Assembly: GCF_054482525.1 (NCBI RefSeq)
Contig: NZ_CM137006.1
Length of the DNA stretch: 64,000 nucleotides
Strand: one strand, 5' to 3'
Positions 62,092 to 64,000 of the stretch are shown piece after piece; within the stretch, counting starts at the first letter, position 1; every line of letters begins with the position of its first letter. The translations under genes and the position numbers were made by a program. Under the pieces are notes generated by a model, which saw nothing but the letters and a program-made list of their open reading frames with translations, was not told where the DNA came from and made no database searches.

Positions 62092-64000
62092 GTGTTCAAA
62101 TTACCAACCCCGCAACTCTTCAGCGGACTCAAATCAGCCCTTCGGCCAGCCATGCCCAGGTTTAAAGTCTCCGCGTTCTGGCTGCTGATTCTGGCGTGGA
62201 TTTTTCTGCTGGTATGGATCTGGTGGAAAGGCCCGGCCTGGACACTGCATGAAGAGCAGTGGCTCAAGCCACTGGCGAACCGCTGGCTGGCCACGGCAGC
62301 GTGGGGTATTGTTGCCCTGATATGGCTTATTGTCAGGGTGATGAAGCGCCTGCAACAGCTTGAAAAACAGCAAAAACAACAGCGCGAGGAAGCCATTGAT
62401 CCGCTCAGTGTGGAACTGAACGCCCAGCAGCGTTACCTCGACCGCTGGCTGCTGCGCCTGCAACGCCATCTCGACAACCGCCGTTTCCTGTGGCAATTGC
62501 CGTGGTATATGGTCATCGGTCCGGCGGGCAGTGGCAAAACGACACTGCTGCGTGAGGGTTTTCCGTCAGACATTATTTATGCCCCGGAGGGCGCGCGCGG
62601 CGCAGAACAACGCCTGTACCTCACGCCCCATGTCGGTAAACAGGCTGTGATCTTTGATATCGATGGCACACTCTGTGCCCCCGCTGATGCGGATATCCTG
62701 CATCGCCGTCTGTGGGAACATGCCCTCGGCTGGCTGAAGGAAAAGCGCGCGCGCCAGCCGCTGAATGGGATTATTCTGACACTCGATTTACCCGATCTGC
62801 TGACCGCAGACAAACGCCGCCACGAGCATCTGTTACAGACGCTACGCAGCCGCTTGCAGGATATACGCCAGCATCTTCACTGCCAGTTACCGGTTTACGT
62901 GGTACTGACCCGGCTTGATTTATTGCAGGGTTTTGCCGCCCTGTTTCAGTCACTGAACAGACAGGATCGCGATGCGATTCTGGGCGTCACGTTCACCCGC
63001 CGTGCCCATGAAAATGATGACTGGCGAACAGAGTTGAATGCTTTCTGGCAGACATGGGTGGATCGAATGAATCTGGCGTTGCCGGATCTGATGGTCGGAC
63101 AGAGCCACGCCCGTGCGTCTTTATTTAGTTTTTCCCGCCAGATGCAGGGAAGCCGTGAACCGCTGGTATCACTGCTTGAGGGTCTGCTTGACGGCGAAAA
63201 TATGAACGTGATGCTGCGTGGCGTCTATCTCACCTCTTCGCTTCAGCGCGGACAGATGGATGATATTTTCACCCAGTCTGCCGCCCGCCAGTACCGGCTG
63301 GGCAATAACCCACTGGCGTCCTGGCCCCTGGTGGACACCGCGCCCTATTTCACCCGCAGCCTGTTCCCGCAGGCATTACTCGCAGAGCCTAATCTGGCAA
63401 CAGAGAGCCGCGCCTGGCTGATGCGTTCCCGTCGCCGCCTGACGGTTTTCTCTGCCACAGGCGGCGTGGCGGCACTGCTGCTCATTGCCGGCTGGCATCA
63501 CTATTACAACGGTAACTATCAGTCCGGCATCACCGTGCTTAAGCAGGCAAAAGCCTTTATGGATGTACCGCCTCCGCAGGGGGAAGATGACTATGGCAAC
63601 CTGCAACTGCCGCTGCTGAACCCGGTACGCGATGCCACTCTGGCCTACGGTGACTGGGGCGACCGCAGCCGCCTTGCGGAGATGGGATTATATCAGGGGC
63701 GACGCATCGGGCCTTATGTGGAACGGACCTACATGCAACTGCTGGAGCAACGCTATCTTCCGTCGCTGTTTAACGGGCTGGTCAAAGAGATGAACGCCGC
63801 GCCACCGGAGAGTGAGGAAAAACTCGCCGTGCTGCGCGTGATGCGAATGCTGGAGGATAAGAGCGGACGTAACAATGAGGTGGTGAAGCAGTATATGGCA
63901 AAACGCTGGAGCGAAAAGTTCCACGGCCAGCGCGATATCCAGGCGCAACTGATGTCCCATCTTGACTACGCGCTGGCTCACACAGACTGGCATGCAGAGC
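62092..64000 (+). CDS. tssM: T6SS membrane complex protein TssM (IcmF-like), 3'-partial at window end
   Basis: Not in the ORF track (no stop in window). GTG at 62092 after caggag; my translation gives N-terminal TM helices and Walker A VIGPAGSGKTTLL. Confidence 0.8.
   Translation, partial: MFKLPTPQLFSGLKSALRPAMPRFKVSAFWLLILAWIFLLVWIWWKGPAWTLHEEQWLKPLANRWLATAAWGIVALIWLIVRVMKRLQQLEKQQKQQREEAIDPLSVELNAQQRYLDRWLLRLQRHLDNRRFLWQLPWYMVIGPAGSGKTTLLREGFPSDIIYAPEGARGAEQRLYLTPHVGKQAVIFDIDGTLCAPADADILHRRLWEHALGWLKEKRARQPLNGIILTLDLPDLLTADKRRHEHLLQTLRSRLQDIRQHLHCQLPVYVVLTRLDLLQGFAALFQSLNRQDRDAILGVTFTRRAHENDDWRTELNAFWQTWVDRMNLALPDLMVGQSHARASLFSFSRQMQGSREPLVSLLEGLLDGENMNVMLRGVYLTSSLQRGQMDDIFTQSAARQYRLGNNPLASWPLVDTAPYFTRSLFPQALLAEPNLATESRAWLMRSRRRLTVFSATGGVAALLLIAGWHHYYNGNYQSGITVLKQAKAFMDVPPPQGEDDYGNLQLPLLNPVRDATLAYGDWGDRSRLAEMGLYQGRRIGPYVERTYMQLLEQRYLPSLFNGLVKEMNAAPPESEEKLAVLRVMRMLEDKSGRNNEVVKQYMAKRWSEKFHGQRDIQAQLMSHLDYALAHTDWHAE

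Overview
This window reads as E. coli-type chromosome carrying two accessory islands separated by a conserved core block. (1) Positions 1-10617: an island at tRNA-Thr (thrW-like) with a P4-type tyrosine integrase and defence-like cargo: a YagK/YfjJ-family protein, a RecQ-helicase/PRTase fusion overlapping a DprA-like gene (ShosTA-like logic), and an AT-rich three-gene operon (2-TM protein, NdpA/YejK-like protein, RelA/SpoT-type nucleotidyltransferase) that I cannot place in any named system; this operon is my best candidate for an undescribed defence or toxin module. (2) Positions 10732-31626: core genes in K-12 order (proA, proB, phoE, crl, frsA, gpt, pepD, prfH/rtcB remnants, yafP-yafO-yafN-dinB with a LexA box, lafU and lfhA remnants, yafL, yafK, yafJ, gmhA, fadE, ivy, yafV); rayT and dinJ-yafQ are absent relative to my recollection of K-12. 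(3) Positions 31660-64000: an Rhs/type VI secretion island with an H-repeat (ISAs1-family) transposase, two PAAR-Rhs genes that are both interrupted, vgrG, hcp, and tssB through tssM (tssM runs off the window end), with an IS186 copy inserted in the FHA-domain gene. No CRISPR array or rRNA was seen. All calls rest on reading the supplied translations and sequence by eye; no database search was run.
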